The translations under genes were made by a program, and so were the position numbers. Below are positions 8,594-17,549 of a DNA stretch of 64,000 nt, piece after piece. Numbering within the stretch: the first letter of the stretch is position 1; every line of letters begins with the position of its first letter. Source of the stretch: Gaiellales bacterium. GTDB taxonomy: Bacteria > Actinomycetota > Thermoleophilia > Gaiellales > JAICJC01. The notes under the pieces were generated by a model, which was not told the origin of the DNA, did not search any database, and saw only the letters and a program-made list of their open reading frames with translations. The DNA lies in contig JBJMJD010000079.1 in assembly GCA_045806525.1 (NCBI GenBank), positions 2,503 through 66,502 on the forward strand. The letters are read 5' to 3'.

Positions 8594-9499
8594 ATGAGCG
8601 CCGACCAGAACACCACCCCGGAGCCCGAGGAGATCCCGGCCGGAGCGGAGGCCGCCCCCGGCACGCCGGTCAGCGTGCGGGCCGAACGAGGCGCTCGGAT
8701 GACTCCTGCCGAGGCGGTGCGCGACATGCGTATCAGGGTGCCGGCACGCGGCAACCGGAAGCTCCGGGAGGTGGTCGAGCGCGTCAACCGCGACGACTCG
8801 ATCAAGGCGCTGTGGCACGCCGCAAACGTGAACGCGGTGGCGCGAATGCAGATCAACGACCACTCGTGGGTGCACATCCAGATCGTCACCAACATCGGCC
8901 TGAAGCTGCTGCGCGAGCTGCGCCGGGCCGGGGTCGAGCCGGGCATGGTGACCGACTACGGCATGACCGACGACGATGCCGAGGTGGTGGTCGGGCTGGG
9001 CTGCCTGACGCACTGCCTTGGCATGGCCATCCACCGCGACGGGCACGAGGAGATGAGCCTGTTCCTCACGGCCGACCGCCTGCCCCGGTTGCTGGACGGG
9101 CTGTACGAGGAGCCCGAGCGCACGATCGTGATGGCCGAGGTGCTGCAGACGATCATCAGCCACCGATCGGGCGGGCGGCCGCTGTCGCTGGAGGCTGGGA
9201 TCGTACGGGTCGCCGATGCGCTGGACATGGCCAAGGGACGCTCCCGGATCCCGTTCGAGACCGGACGCGTCTCGATCCACTCGCTGTCTGCGGCGGCGAT
9301 CGAGGAGGTCGTGATCCGCGGCGGGGGTGACGGCAAGGTGCTGGTCGAGATCGAGATGAACAACTCGGCCGGCCTGTTCCAGGTCGACAACCTGCTCCGC
9401 TCGAAGCTGCACGGCTCGGGCCTCGAGGACCACATCGAGGTGGCGGCGACGCTCGAAGGCGATACCGAGAAGCGCCTGCTGCCAAGCTTCCGGCTGTAG
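8594..9499 (+). CDS. HD-domain phosphohydrolase family protein
   Basis: 301 aa. NDHSWVHIQIV...HCLGMAIHRDGHE...RVADALD is consistent with H..HD..D metal ligands. Confidence 0.65.
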   Translation: MSADQNTTPEPEEIPAGAEAAPGTPVSVRAERGARMTPAEAVRDMRIRVPARGNRKLREVVERVNRDDSIKALWHAANVNAVARMQINDHSWVHIQIVTNIGLKLLRELRRAGVEPGMVTDYGMTDDDAEVVVGLGCLTHCLGMAIHRDGHEEMSLFLTADRLPRLLDGLYEEPERTIVMAEVLQTIISHRSGGRPLSLEAGIVRVADALDMAKGRSRIPFETGRVSIHSLSAAAIEEVVIRGGGDGKVLVEIEMNNSAGLFQVDNLLRSKLHGSGLEDHIEVAATLEGDTEKRLLPSFRL

Positions 9500-9611
9500 G
9501 CAGACCCACATCCGTGACATGCGTCACACGGTGTAGGGTGCGGCTCACATCGAACCGTCGTCCGGGGACACGTCAAGGGGGCTCTGTTCGCGGCGGCGTA
9601 GGAGGCTTTCA

Positions 9612-10112
9612 ATGTCGCGTGTCTACCCGCTTCTGGTCGCAGGTCTGATCGTGATCGCGCTCACCGCCGCCGCGTGTGGCAGTTCGTCGTCGTCCGGGTC
9701 GACGGCAACCACCGCACCGACGAGCCCCACCACGCTGTCGACGGCGCCAGCCACCACCACGTCGGGCGGCAGCGACAACGGTTTCTGTGGCTCGGCCAAG
9801 AAGGATCTGAAGGATCTCCAACCGGAGGACAACGCGCTGTTTGCGGGCGGCGTTACCCCAGACGCGATCAAGACGGAGTTCTCCAACCTGCAGTCCGCGT
9901 ATGCGCACGCGCTCTCACAGGCACCGGCTGAGATCAAGCCCGACCTGGCCGTGATCACGCAATTCATCGGCAAGCTGAATACGGTGTTGGCCTCGGACAA
10001 CTACAACATCCAGGCCGCGGCCCCGCAGCTCGAGTCGCTGGCGAGCTCCACGCAGCTCAAGCAGGCCAGTGCGCATCTGAAGGCCTGGGCAGTGGCGAAC
10101 TGCGGCGCGTAG
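9612..10112 (+). CDS. Lipoprotein, unknown function
   Basis: AGGAGG lies 7 nt upstream. Lipobox LTAAAC is followed by a Ser/Thr-rich linker. Confidence 0.6.
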   Translation: MSRVYPLLVAGLIVIALTAAACGSSSSSGSTATTAPTSPTTLSTAPATTTSGGSDNGFCGSAKKDLKDLQPEDNALFAGGVTPDAIKTEFSNLQSAYAHALSQAPAEIKPDLAVITQFIGKLNTVLASDNYNIQAAAPQLESLASSTQLKQASAHLKAWAVANCGA

Positions 10113-10153
10113 GCGGAGCCGGAAAGACCCTCTGGTATCCTTCGCCGCGCCGT

Positions 10154-10224
10154 TGCGGGGTCGTCTAATGGTAGGACGCCTGACTCTGGATCAGGTAGTC
10201 GGGGTTCGAGTCCCTGCCCCGCAG
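10154..10224 (+). tRNA. tRNA-Gln (anticodon CTG)
   Basis: Cloverleaf by hand. Acceptor TGCGGGG/CCCCGCA, anticodon arm CCTGA-CTCTGGA-TCAGG, T-arm CGGGG-TTCGAGT-CCCTG. No encoded CCA. Confidence 0.85.
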
Positions 10225-10274
10225 CCTCGTCGTTGCCGAGAAGCCGTTTTCGCCTGAGTGGCGGAGCTCACCCG

Positions 10275-11003
10275 TCAAGATTCGCCCAGCACCTTCTTCA
10301 AGTAGCAGGCGTTGCGAGGCGCGAATGCGTTCCAGTCGTTGTTGAAGTACGCGTACGTGCGCCGGCGATGGCTCCAGTCGCGAAGCCGCGATGCCCATGA
10401 CTCGAGCTCGGCGTGCGAGTAGTTTCCACGGCGCCCACGGCGCCCCGCGTGGAAACGAACGTACGTCCATCCTGCGGTGAGCTCCTGCGACTGAAAGGCG
10501 CGTCTCGGATGGTCGGCGATGACGAGCGCAACTCCGGCCTGGCGAAGCCGCTGGTACACGGGTTCGCAGAACCACGATGGGTGGCGAAACTCGATGCAGT
10601 GGCGGAGACCCTGTGGAAGCGCTTCCAGCGCCTGTGACAGTCGCTCGTCGTCGCGGGTGAACGTCTCTGGCAGTTGCCACAGGAGCGGGCCCAGCTTGCC
10701 GGCGTCCTGCAGCGGTTCGAGTTGCTCGAGCAGCCGAGCCGCCCCCTCGCGAACGGCCTGCAGACGCCTCACGTGTGTCAGGTAGCGGCTGACCTTGACG
10801 GCGAAGCAGAAGTCCGCCGGTACCTGCTCGACCCACCGCGCCACGGAGTTTCTGGCCGGGAGTCGATAGAACGTCGAGTTGACCTCGACCGTATCGAAAC
10901 GCTCGGCGTACAGCTCCAGCCACCTGCGACTGGGCGCGTCGCTGTACACCGGCCCCCGCCAGTCCGCGTAGTTCCAACCGCTGCAGCCGACCAGGATGCT
11001 CAT
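10275..11003 (-). CDS. DUF72 (YecE/UPF0759) family protein
   Basis: MSILVGCSGWNYADWRGPVY...STFYRLP is the hallmark N-terminus of the family. ATG at 11003 within track ORF 10275..11033. Confidence 0.8.
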   Translation of the reverse strand: MSILVGCSGWNYADWRGPVYSDAPSRRWLELYAERFDTVEVNSTFYRLPARNSVARWVEQVPADFCFAVKVSRYLTHVRRLQAVREGAARLLEQLEPLQDAGKLGPLLWQLPETFTRDDERLSQALEALPQGLRHCIEFRHPSWFCEPVYQRLRQAGVALVIADHPRRAFQSQELTAGWTYVRFHAGRRGRRGNYSHAELESWASRLRDWSHRRRTYAYFNNDWNAFAPRNACYLKKVLGES

Positions 11004-11063
11004 CGGGCGTACCCTCGCTCTACCCTGGGGCACGCGTGGCGAACCGTCGCCGGCTCGGGTCGC

Positions 11064-11216
11064 CTAGTACGCGGCGATCGCTGACGTGCACGGCGCGCAC
11101 GTCAGCTCGCCGGACTTGCGATAGACCGAGAGCTTGGCGCCACACTTCGCGCAGGTGCCCGCTTCGCAGGTCTTGACTCTGCGGTTCGGGCTCACCCAGC
11201 CGTCGTAGCTTCCCAT
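11064..11216 (-). CDS. Small four-Cys zinc-ribbon-like protein (start uncertain: 11216 ATG or 11261 GTG)
   Basis: CEAGTCAKCG...CAPC. There is no strong RBS at either candidate start. Confidence 0.3.
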   Translation of the reverse strand: MGSYDGWVSPNRRVKTCEAGTCAKCGAKLSVYRKSGELTCAPCTSAIAAY

Positions 11217-11291
11217 ACTGGAACTATGCCCGGAGCGCTTCTTGATGCACCCAGTGTACACGGGAACGCGTGTTCGACGCGACCGGTCGCG

Positions 11292-11729
11292 TTAGCGAGG
11301 GTTCAGCGAGATCGCGAGCGTGATCGTGCGCGCGTGCCCGTGCAGGTCGGACGCGCTGGGCACGGTCGCGAACACATGCACCGTGATCGATCCACCCGCG
11401 GGCCGGCTGCCGGCGAACAGCGGCCCGGCGTGCGGCAGGTGGGCCAGCGTGCCGTCATAGATGGCGCCCTCGCCCCTGGCCAGCTTGATCGTCACGGTCA
11501 CGTGCCGGGGGTTGAGCGTCTTGCCGCCTGTCCAGCCGGTGGTGGTGACGTAGTACCGCGCCCGGTGGCCGGTGTGGTTGACGCGGTAGAGCACCGCCGG
11601 ATGGGTGAAGGCGGCGGGCCCGTTCACCTGCACCTTCACGTCCAGCGTTCTCGCGGCGGCGAGGGCCGGGACGGCCAAGACGACGCCGATCAGCGCGGTG
11701 AGGACTCCGATGCGGGCGATCCGGATCAT
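11292..11729 (-). CDS. Secreted protein, unknown function
   Basis: Signal peptide MIRIARIGVLTALIGVVLAVPALAAA. 145 aa. Confidence 0.55.
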   Translation of the reverse strand: MIRIARIGVLTALIGVVLAVPALAAARTLDVKVQVNGPAAFTHPAVLYRVNHTGHRARYYVTTTGWTGGKTLNPRHVTVTIKLARGEGAIYDGTLAHLPHAGPLFAGSRPAGGSITVHVFATVPSASDLHGHARTITLAISLNPR

Positions 11730-11857
11730 GCACTCAGTCTAGGCGCTGGCAGCCCTTCAATCTACGTCTGGTGAAGACACCGCCCGAGCGGCGTGGCACG
11801 CGCGCTCGCCTGCGTTCGGAGCTCTGGGGCCGCCGGGCGCACCGCTATCGTCGCCGC

Positions 11858-12199
11858 ATGTGGCGACTCATGCTCATGTGCCTGGCGATCCCAGCGCTGG
11901 CCGCCGGCTGCAGCACGGAGCTACGGCACGGATCCGGGCCGGATGTGACCGTGTCCGTCGCAAAGGCCGGCGGCGGCGACCTGGTCGCGCACGTCTCCAG
12001 CGAGAGTTGGCCGTCCTGCGCGAACGCGGTGCGCGTGTCACTCGACGGCAGGGAGGCGCTCACCGACGTCCCCGTCACGGACGGCCGCTTCGACGTTGAC
12101 CTGCACGTGTCCGACGGAGCCCTGCTCACCATCCAGAGCACCTGCAAAGGGCCCGGCGGCGCGCTGAACGACTGGTCGACGGTCATCCACGAGCCGTGA
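11858..12199 (+). CDS. Lipoprotein, unknown function
   Basis: ATG at 11858 within track ORF 11771..12199. MWRLMLMCLAIPALAAGC lipobox. Confidence 0.55.
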   Translation: MWRLMLMCLAIPALAAGCSTELRHGSGPDVTVSVAKAGGGDLVAHVSSESWPSCANAVRVSLDGREALTDVPVTDGRFDVDLHVSDGALLTIQSTCKGPGGALNDWSTVIHEP

Positions 12200-12273
12200 C
12201 CGTGTTTGGGAGGTGGCGGGCCGGGCACGTCGTTCCTGAGTGACTCGTCAGCACCAAACGCACTGGAGGCACG

Positions 12274-12582
12274 ATGGGCCAAGCCGCATACATCTACGCA
12301 CTGGTAGGTAACCAGCAAAATGCATCCGTGCTTCGCTACCAGACAGAGCTGGAGGCGCCGCTGGTGGGAGCCGACGTACCGACCACCCCGGCCGTCGGCC
12401 CGGTCGTGGTCGAGAGCGTCCAGCAGGACGAGTCGGGCGCGACGGTGGTGCTGGCCTACGACTCCACGCCGACCCCGGACGAGGTGAGTGCGGCTCTCGG
12501 CGAAGGCTGGGAGCACCCGCCGGCAGATGACCCCTGGGCGGGGCTCGCCCCGGGCGCGGTCGCTCGCGTTCATCCGCAGTAA
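12274..12582 (+). CDS. Hypothetical acidic protein
   Basis: GGAGG lies 8 nt upstream of the ATG. 102 aa with no recognisable motif. Confidence 0.4.
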   Translation: MGQAAYIYALVGNQQNASVLRYQTELEAPLVGADVPTTPAVGPVVVESVQQDESGATVVLAYDSTPTPDEVSAALGEGWEHPPADDPWAGLAPGAVARVHPQ

Positions 12583-12604
12583 CGACCGCGCCGAGGCGCG
12601 CGTC

Positions 12605-13069
12605 CTAGTCGATCGAGAACACGAAGTCGTAGCCGTCCGGCCGCGCATGCAACCGCATCGTCCCGTGCGCGTCGCGGTAGATGCCGGTGCCACCGATGAT
12701 GGCCAGCCGGCTGTCGCGGGTGTCGTAGAACGGCCCCGCGACGGTGATCTGGCCGTCGGCGAGCTTGTTCGTCCAGCTGCACTGCCATTCACCGCGGGCC
12801 GGGTTTGTGCGGATGCAGTTGCCCTGGTCGCGGCCCACCCGGCTGGTGTCGCCGGCGTTGAACAGCAGATTCGAGAACGGGAACTGGTCACCCTGCGAGT
12901 CGCCCTTGGGCGGCAGGTCGACAACGTGCTCGTTGACCGGGTGCTCGACCACGTGCAGCCTCGTCCGCATCTGATGCGACGAGCTGGATCCGGTCGCCGC
13001 CAACGCCAGCCCGGTGCAGCCGAACGCCACTCCCGCGACCACGGCCACGGCGATCCATCGCTTATGCAT
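12605..13069 (-). CDS. Exported dirigent / allene-oxide-cyclase-barrel-like protein
   Basis: AAGGGGGAG RBS and an N-terminal signal. The C-terminal IIGGTGIYRDAHGTM pattern resembles the AOC-barrel/dirigent-like family. Confidence 0.55.
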   Translation of the reverse strand: MHKRWIAVAVVAGVAFGCTGLALAATGSSSSHQMRTRLHVVEHPVNEHVVDLPPKGDSQGDQFPFSNLLFNAGDTSRVGRDQGNCIRTNPARGEWQCSWTNKLADGQITVAGPFYDTRDSRLAIIGGTGIYRDAHGTMRLHARPDGYDFVFSID

Positions 13070-13193
13070 GACTCCCCCTTGTCGTTGTGGGCCGAAACTG
13101 CGACCCTACCGCACCGTCCCAGATCGCTGATCGAGCGGACCGTTGACGATTGGGATCCAGACATCCGGTGGTAACCCCTGTACCGTGGAACAT

Positions 13194-13838
13194 GTGCAGC
13201 GCCGGAGCATCCTCGACGCTCGACAACCCGCGCTGCTGATCGCAGCCGTCATGGTGCTCGCGGCGACCGGTTGTGCCGGGTCGTCGTCCTCGTCGAGCGG
13301 CGGCAGCGGGCCCACCGCCAGCCAGCCGTCGTCCTCCGCCGGCGGCACCACCGGCACGTACGTCCCGGCCGCAGGTACCGACAAGTCGGGCGCCGTGTTC
13401 CAGTCCTACACGAATCCCAAGCTCGGCTACCAGCTGCTCTACCCGGGCGGCTGGAACGTCACCAAGAAGGCCGGGATCGTGCGCATCGCCAAGCTCGGGA
13501 ACGCGATCGTGATTGCGACGCGGCAGTCCAAGAACGCTCCCAAGGTGAAGCCGGTGCGGGCTGCGCTGATCCAGCAGCAGAAGAAGAACACGGTTCTCGA
13601 CATCGAGTCGCGGCCGAAGTCCACGAAGCTGAACGGCCGCCCGGCCATCCGGATGGTGTTCACGAAGGACAAGCCGGCCACCGCCGACGCGCCCGAGGAC
13701 ACGCTGCGCGTGTACCGCTACCTGGTGTTCCACAACGGACAGATCGTGATCCTGTCACTGCAGACTCCCACCAGCCGCGACAACAAGCAGGCCTACGACC
13801 TGATCGCGAACAGCCTCAGCTGGCCGAAGACGGGTTAG
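13194..13838 (+). CDS. Lipoprotein, unknown function
   Basis: GTG at 13194 within track ORF 13143..13838. Lipobox LAATGC plus a Ser/Gly linker. Confidence 0.6.
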   Translation: MQRRSILDARQPALLIAAVMVLAATGCAGSSSSSSGGSGPTASQPSSSAGGTTGTYVPAAGTDKSGAVFQSYTNPKLGYQLLYPGGWNVTKKAGIVRIAKLGNAIVIATRQSKNAPKVKPVRAALIQQQKKNTVLDIESRPKSTKLNGRPAIRMVFTKDKPATADAPEDTLRVYRYLVFHNGQIVILSLQTPTSRDNKQAYDLIANSLSWPKTG

Positions 13839-14226
13839 GCTCGCCGCCGCCTGCCTCGCGCCACATCTCGTCCACGTTCATGTCCAGCTTCTCGACCACC
13901 TCGAACCCGCCGTGGTGCTCGACCACGCGCTCGACGTCGTCGAACACGTGACCCGGTAGCACCACGAAGCGGTCGGCGGCCGCGTGGGCGTCGGCGAACT
14001 CGGCCGCGGTCATGACCAGCGCCTGTACGCAGGTGAAGTCGCCGCACTCGCAGAGGAACGGGATCGGCTCCTCGTCGTCGTCGCTGTCGACCGGCTCTTG
14101 CTCCATGCGGCGATTGTTGTACTGGCGGAACGACTCCTCGTTCTTCACCAGCCGCGCATGCCGCGCCTCCCACCAGTCCTCAGGTCGCATCAGCTCCAGG
14201 CTTCCACCGTCGGGAGGCCCTGTCAA
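13816..14226 (-). CDS. Hypothetical acidic protein
   Basis: 136 aa, DSDDDEEPIPFLCECGDFTC. Its start overlaps the gluQ stop by 4 nt. It converges on and overlaps the 13194-13838 gene by 23 nt. Confidence 0.5.
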   Translation of the reverse strand: MTGPPDGGSLELMRPEDWWEARHARLVKNEESFRQYNNRRMEQEPVDSDDDEEPIPFLCECGDFTCVQALVMTAAEFADAHAAADRFVVLPGHVFDDVERVVEHHGGFEVVEKLDMNVDEMWREAGGGEPNPSSAS

Positions 14227-15152
14227 CTGCGGGTCGCCGACAGGACCGGCGTGCCCGGCGCCAGCCGCCAGGCTTGCCGGGCCACCCGCGTCAGCTCGAA
14301 GCGCTCGACCAACTCGGCCGCCGCGACCGCTCCACCGTCGCTGATACCGGCCGATCCCGCCAGCGCGCCGACCAGCTCGTGGGCGCTGGCCCCGGCCTCG
14401 CGCAGGTCGGCGACGGCCACGGCGCCGTGCCGTTTCGCCAGTCGCTGACCGTCCTTCCCGAGCATCAGCGGCACGTGCGCATATGCGGGCCGCGGCAACC
14501 CGAGCAGCTGCTGCAGAGCCACCTGCCGTGCCGTCGATCCGAGCAGATCGTCACCGCGCAGGACATCGGTCACGCCATCGGCCGCGTCGTCGACCACCAC
14601 CGCCAGGTGGTATGCGTAGAGGCCGTCGGAGCGGCGCACGATCACGTCGCCGCCCACCGGCCTGCGAGCGCTCCCATGGAGCCGGTCGCGCACCTCGACG
14701 GCCCCCTCCGGCATGCGCACGCGCAGGGCGGGACGCTTCCCCTCGGCCCGCAGCCGTTCCCGCTGCGCGGCGGTCAGCTCCCGGCAGGTGCCGGGGTAGG
14801 CGGCGGGCTGGTCGTCGCTGCCGTGGGGTGCCGATGCCACCGCCAGCTCGCGGCGGGAGCAGAAGCACTCGTACACGAGCCCCCGCTGCGACAGCCGCTC
14901 CAGGGCGACGGCGTAGTCCGGCCCGCGTTGCGACTGGGCCCTCGTCTCCGCATCCCAGTCGAGGCCCAGCCAGGCCAGGTCGTCGCGGATCGCCTGGGCG
15001 TATTCCGGCCGGCAGCGGTCGCGGTCGAGGTCCTCGATGCGAAGCAGCATCGCGCCTCCGCGCGCCCGGGCGTCCAGCCAGGCCAGGAGCGCCGTGCGGG
15101 CGTTTCCCAGGTGCATCAGGCCGCTGGGGCTGGGCGCGAACCTCCCGACCAC
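14223..15152 (-). CDS. gluQ: Glutamyl-Q tRNA(Asp) synthetase
   Basis: RFAPSPSGLMHLGNARTAL (HIGH-like), LRIEDLD, and RLAKRHG (KMSKS-like). It lacks the anticodon-binding domain and has the ~310 aa length typical of GluQRS. GTG at 15152 lies just after the amidase stop. Confidence 0.8.
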   Translation of the reverse strand: MVGRFAPSPSGLMHLGNARTALLAWLDARARGGAMLLRIEDLDRDRCRPEYAQAIRDDLAWLGLDWDAETRAQSQRGPDYAVALERLSQRGLVYECFCSRRELAVASAPHGSDDQPAAYPGTCRELTAAQRERLRAEGKRPALRVRMPEGAVEVRDRLHGSARRPVGGDVIVRRSDGLYAYHLAVVVDDAADGVTDVLRGDDLLGSTARQVALQQLLGLPRPAYAHVPLMLGKDGQRLAKRHGAVAVADLREAGASAHELVGALAGSAGISDGGAVAAAELVERFELTRVARQAWRLAPGTPVLSATRS

Positions 15153-15154
15153 GG

Positions 15155-16555
15155 TCAGCCGCCCCTCGGATCCATGGGCACGCGGCCGGCCAGATCGAAC
15201 ACCTGCTCGACCGCGGCCGCCGCCGCCAGCAGCCGCCACTCACCGCGGGGCCGCCCGACCAGCTGCATGCCCACCGGCAGGCCCTCGTCGGTGAGCTCGC
15301 AGGGCAGAGCCACGACCGGACACGAGGTGAGCGTGATCGCCGATGTGATCCGCAGCCAGTCGACGTAGTTGTCAAACATGACACCGGAAACCTCGCGGAT
15401 CCATCGTGTCGACACGTCAAACGGCGCGACGCAGGCGGTCGGGCACAGCAGCAGGTCGTAGCCGGCCATGAACTTCGACATACGCTGGAAGATCGCGCCG
15501 CGGGCCTGCTCGGCCTGGGCGATCCGCTCGACCGAGAGGCTCAGCCCGAACTCGATGTTCCAGATGATGTCGGGCTTGAGACGGTCGCGGTCGGTCGCGT
15601 ACAACGGCTCCATGCCGGCCACGAACCCGGCGCCGCGGAGGACCTGGAATGCCTCGGGCGCACCGGTCAGGTCGGGCGACGCCTCCTCCACCTCGACTCC
15701 GGCCGCCGCCAGCCGCTCTGCCGCCCGGCCGCAGGCATCGCGAATCTCTGCGGCGACCGGTGTCACGCCCAGGTCGGGGCTGTAGGCGACCCGCAGCGGC
15801 AGCACCGGCGCGGCTGCCGCGTCGGCGAAGGGACGCTGCGGTGCCTCCAGCGACAGCGGATCACGTTCGTCGACGCCGGACATCGCGTCCAGCATCAGCG
15901 CTGCATCGGCCACGGTGCGGCCCACCGGCCCCTCCACCGACATCGTCTCGAACGGCAGCGGGGCGGGGCCGGCGGCAACCCGGCCGGGGCTGGGCCGGAT
16001 TCCCACGACGCCGCAGAACCCGGCCGGGGTGCGCAGGCTGCCGCCCAGGTCGGATCCGGTCGCCAGCCACACCTGGCCGCTGGCCAGCGCGGCCGCGGAG
16101 CCACCAGACGAGCCGCCGCAGGTGCGGGATGTGTCCCACGGGTTGCGGGTCTCGCCGAACACCTCGTTGAAGGTGTTGCCGCCGGCGCCGAACTCGGGCG
16201 TGTTCGACTTCGCCACGACCACGGCGCCGCGCTGCTCCAGCCGCTCGACCATGAGGTCCGAGCGGTCGGGCACATGGTCGGCATAGATCGGCGATCCGTA
16301 GGTTGTGCGAACGCCGGCCACGTCGTTCAGGTCCTTGACGGCGATCGGCAGCCCGGCCAGCTTTGCGTCGCGCGAAACGCCGCCCGCCCGGTCGAGCGCC
16401 CGCTCGGCACACAGCGTGGGCAGCGCGTTCAGCTGCGCATCGACCTGCTCGGTCCGCAGCAGCGCCGCCTCCACCAGTTCCCGCGACGAGACCTGGCCCG
16501 ACTGCAGCAGCGCAACGGTCTCGACGGCGGTCAGCATGCATGGGTCGCCTGACAC
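15155..16555 (-). CDS. Amidase-signature family enzyme (GatA-like amidase)
   Basis: GGSSGGSAAALASGQVWLATGSDLGGSLRTPA amidase signature. 466 aa. Confidence 0.85.
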   Translation of the reverse strand: MSGDPCMLTAVETVALLQSGQVSSRELVEAALLRTEQVDAQLNALPTLCAERALDRAGGVSRDAKLAGLPIAVKDLNDVAGVRTTYGSPIYADHVPDRSDLMVERLEQRGAVVVAKSNTPEFGAGGNTFNEVFGETRNPWDTSRTCGGSSGGSAAALASGQVWLATGSDLGGSLRTPAGFCGVVGIRPSPGRVAAGPAPLPFETMSVEGPVGRTVADAALMLDAMSGVDERDPLSLEAPQRPFADAAAAPVLPLRVAYSPDLGVTPVAAEIRDACGRAAERLAAAGVEVEEASPDLTGAPEAFQVLRGAGFVAGMEPLYATDRDRLKPDIIWNIEFGLSLSVERIAQAEQARGAIFQRMSKFMAGYDLLLCPTACVAPFDVSTRWIREVSGVMFDNYVDWLRITSAITLTSCPVVALPCELTDEGLPVGMQLVGRPRGEWRLLAAAAAVEQVFDLAGRVPMDPRGG

Positions 16556-16601
16556 GCCGCCAGCCTACCGGCGGCACGGGGCGACGCTCTACGATGGCGG
16601 C

Positions 16602-17234
16602 ATGGCGCCGAGCGGAAACGGGTTTGACCGGCTGTTCGAGCAGCCGCCCACGCTGGAGGGCATCGGGGTGCGGATGGAGCCGTTCGCCGAGCGCCACCGC
16701 GAGGGGCTGTGGACGGCGCTGGCAGACCCCGCCGTGTGGCGCTGGGTGAAGATCGATGCCTCGGCCGGGCGCGAGGTGTTCGATGCCTGGTTCGACGACG
16801 CGGTCGAGCAGACGGCAGCGCGGGCCGAGTTCGGCTTCGTGACCGTCGCGCAGGAGGACGACCGGCCGGTCGGGAGCAGCCGCTTCCTGGCGTTGCGCCC
16901 GGCCGACCGCGGCCTGGAGATCGGCTGGTCGCTGGTCTCGCCGGCGGCCTGGGGCACGGGGGCGAACACGGAGGCCAAGCTGCTGATGCTGGCGCATGCG
17001 TTCGACGAGCTGGGCTGCGCGCGGGTCGAGTTCAAGACGGACGCGCGCAACGACCGGGCGAGAGCGGCTCTGGCAGCGCTGCCGTCGACCTTCGAAGGCA
17101 TCTTCCGCAAGCACATGCTGATGTTCGGTGGCCGCTGGCGCGACTCGGCCTGGTACTCGATCACCGACGACGAGTGGCCGCGAGTGCGCGAGCTGCTCTC
17201 CGAGCGGCTGGCGTCGCAGCTGACGGCGGCCTGA
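16602..17234 (+). CDS. GNAT N-acetyltransferase (RimJ/RimL-like)
   Basis: ATG at 16602 within track ORF 16305..17234. LEIGWSL...WGTGANTEAKLLMLAHAF...VEFKTDARNDRARAAL. Confidence 0.8.
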   Translation: MAPSGNGFDRLFEQPPTLEGIGVRMEPFAERHREGLWTALADPAVWRWVKIDASAGREVFDAWFDDAVEQTAARAEFGFVTVAQEDDRPVGSSRFLALRPADRGLEIGWSLVSPAAWGTGANTEAKLLMLAHAFDELGCARVEFKTDARNDRARAALAALPSTFEGIFRKHMLMFGGRWRDSAWYSITDDEWPRVRELLSERLASQLTAA

Positions 17235-17290
17235 CCAGCGGCGGCGCCGGAGCGGCGCTTGCTAGAATCCGCGCGCCTCGGGACGACCGT

Positions 17291-17363
17291 GCCGCATTCG
17301 TCTAGGGGCCTAGGACGCCGCCCTCTCACGGCGGTAACACCGGTTCGAATCCGGTATGCGGTA
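17291..17363 (+). tRNA. tRNA-Glu (anticodon CTC)
   Basis: Acceptor GCCGCAT/ATGCGGT (G1-U72 wobble), anticodon arm CCGCC-CTCTCAC-GGCGG, T-arm ACCGG-TTCGAAT-CCGGT. No encoded CCA. Confidence 0.85.
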
Positions 17364-17367
17364 CCTC

Positions 17368-17399
17368 CCGAAAACCCCTGCTCATCCGGGGGTTTTCGG
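17368..17399 (+). terminator. 11-bp perfect hairpin immediately after tRNA-Glu
   Basis: CCGAAAACCCC (17368-78) pairs with GGGGTTTTCGG (17389-99) with a 10-nt loop. There is no trailing U-run beyond the stem. Confidence 0.45.
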
Positions 17400-17549
17400 C
17401 GTTCCAGGAGCGAGCGCGTCTGCGCCGACCGGTCGCGCGCCCGAGAGCGCGCCGGCGACGCCCACCTACCGGTCATCCGCCGGTGGTACAGTCGACAAAT
17501 CGAGGCTAACGGCACAAAGTTCCAGCGCGTCCGCAGCCCGAGGAGAGCG

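Noticed and set aside
10154-17363. The tRNA-Gln and tRNA-Glu genes as integration sites flanking a genomic island.
   Set aside because: There is no integrase. I saw no duplicated copy of either tRNA 3' end downstream. GC content and codon style of the intervening genes resemble the rest of the window.
13155-17490. A recurring CATCCG(N0-3)GGTGGTA-like string upstream of exported-protein genes (13160-13178 and 17469-17487). It resembles the CACATCCGTGAC 12-mer.
   Set aside because: The shared part is only a 6-mer plus a loose G/T-rich segment. The distances to the start codons differ widely (33 versus 79 nt). The GGTGnTA(A/C)CC part is more simply explained as extended -10-like promoter sequence, so it is not distinguishable from chance without genome-wide statistics.
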